In this document: positions 18,007 to 18,566 of the stretch, piece after piece
How the letters are laid out: each line of letters starts with the position of its first letter
Position numbering within the stretch: the stretch's first letter is position 1
NCBI GenBank assembly: GCA_029564175.1
Contig: JAKQQL010000295.1
Span: 1 to 18,566 of the forward strand
DNA length: 18,566 nucleotides
DNA from: Candidatus Cloacimonadota bacterium
GTDB taxonomy: Bacteria > Cloacimonadota > Cloacimonadia > Cloacimonadales > WRIO01
Direction: 5' to 3'
Notes under the pieces: generated by a model
What the model was told of the DNA's origin: nothing
Database searches by the model: none
The model's input: only the letters and a program-made list of their open reading frames with translations
Position numbers and translations under genes: made by a program

Positions 18007-18209
18007 CCGCACCTACGGAGCGGAGGAGGTAGTCGATTTATCAAACCACATGGTTAAAACCATGGGCTAGGATTCTTTCATTCCTATGGAATTCTTTTCC
18101 GTGGCTTTCCGTATTTCTGTGGTTGATATTCTTTTCTCGCAAAGACCCCAAAGTTCGCAAAGAGGAGTCTGTGTAAAGAGGTAGAATTTATTCGACCGCA
18201 CCTCCGGAG
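18007..18209 (-). repeat. Further three-hairpin module (A variant) plus a 131-bp direct repeat of 17513-17643
   Basis: CCGCACCTACGGAGC...CATGGT-TAAA-ACCATG-GGCTAGGATTCTTTCATTCCTATGGAATT. 18079-18209 matches 17513-17643 with 7 mismatches and no gaps by manual alignment. Confidence 0.88.
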
Positions 18210-18244
18210 TTTTATCTGTGTTTGTCAATGATTATCCTTATTTG

Positions 18245-18279
18245 TTTTCATTATTCATTTTGCATTGTTCATTATACAT
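18245..18279 (+). repeat. Degenerate heptamer tandem repeat (TNNNCAT)x5
   Basis: TTTTCAT TATTCAT TTTGCAT TGTTCAT TATACAT. Confidence 0.75.
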
Positions 18280-18341
18280 TCTGCGAAGCTGTTTTTCTGT
18301 GGTTGATCAAAAAAAATCTGCCAAAAAGACAAAATCAGCAT

Positions 18342-18368
18342 TTTTGTCCGGGTAATATAGATAGAGGG
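18342..18368 (+). promoter_or_regulatory. 27-bp conserved motif, copy 3
   Basis: TTTTGTCCGGGTAATATAGATAGAGGG, 26/27 identical to the reverse complement of 7818-7844. Confidence 0.6.
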
Positions 18369-18489
18369 GGATTGTTTCTGATCATTACACTCATCAAACA
18401 ATCTTTTTTCAAAACGCCTAAAAGCCCTGTATCAAGCATTCTCATTCTTTTTTTCATCGGAAGCCAAAAAGAACTTGACGTCATCTCTT

Positions 18490-18514
18490 TATTAGTAGTA
18501 TTTGACTACTAATA
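18490..18514. promoter_or_regulatory. Operator-like perfect inverted repeat
   Basis: TATTAGTAGT-ATTTG-ACTACTAATA (10-5-10) lies between TTGACG (18475-18480) and the RBS AAGGAGG. Confidence 0.6.
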
Positions 18515-18527
18515 TCAAGGAGGTGAA

Positions 18528-18566
18528 TTGAAAGCGGAAGAAATCTTAAATGAACTACTCAAAGAA
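18528..18566 (+). CDS. 5' end of an unidentified gene, truncated by the window edge (MKAEEILNELLKE...)
   Basis: Strong RBS AAGGAGGT, then a TTG start and an open frame to the end of the window. Confidence 0.6.
   Translation, partial: MKAEEILNELLKE

Noticed and set aside
17322..18512. Short ORFs in the right-hand intergenic mosaic, and 12295-12486 and 12765-12962
   Set aside because: They are made largely of repeat modules and have no recognisable domains.

Overview
AT-rich bacterial window. The left 12.3 kb holds six + strand genes: an Amidase_3 N-acetylmuramoyl-L-alanine amidase, a SNF2-family helicase, a soluble histidine kinase, an NtrC-family sigma-54 response regulator, an AAA-ATPase with a C-terminal PD-(D/E)XK-like domain, and a secreted S9 peptidase. 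Most of the larger intergenic gaps contain non-autonomous palindromic elements from several families. These include tandem arrays of GTAN-prefixed REP-like hairpins in inverted (REPIN-like) blocks, a three-hairpin CCGTAGG module, and a GTCATTCTGAG...CTCAGGATGAC element. The main finding is a ~4.5 kb accessory cargo (12931-17443) enclosed by nested inverted repeats in the order A-B-[cargo]-B'-A', with 47-bp and 36-bp perfect matches. The cargo holds a 129-codon chimera that looks like a collapsed PLD-helicase plus Type IIG restriction-modification locus, a 796-aa membrane protein and a HEXXH metallopeptidase. No transposase or recombinase gene is present in the window. A 27-bp asymmetric motif occurs three times, and the right end is a duplicated mosaic of repeat modules. 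All family assignments come from recognising motifs by eye; no searches were run.
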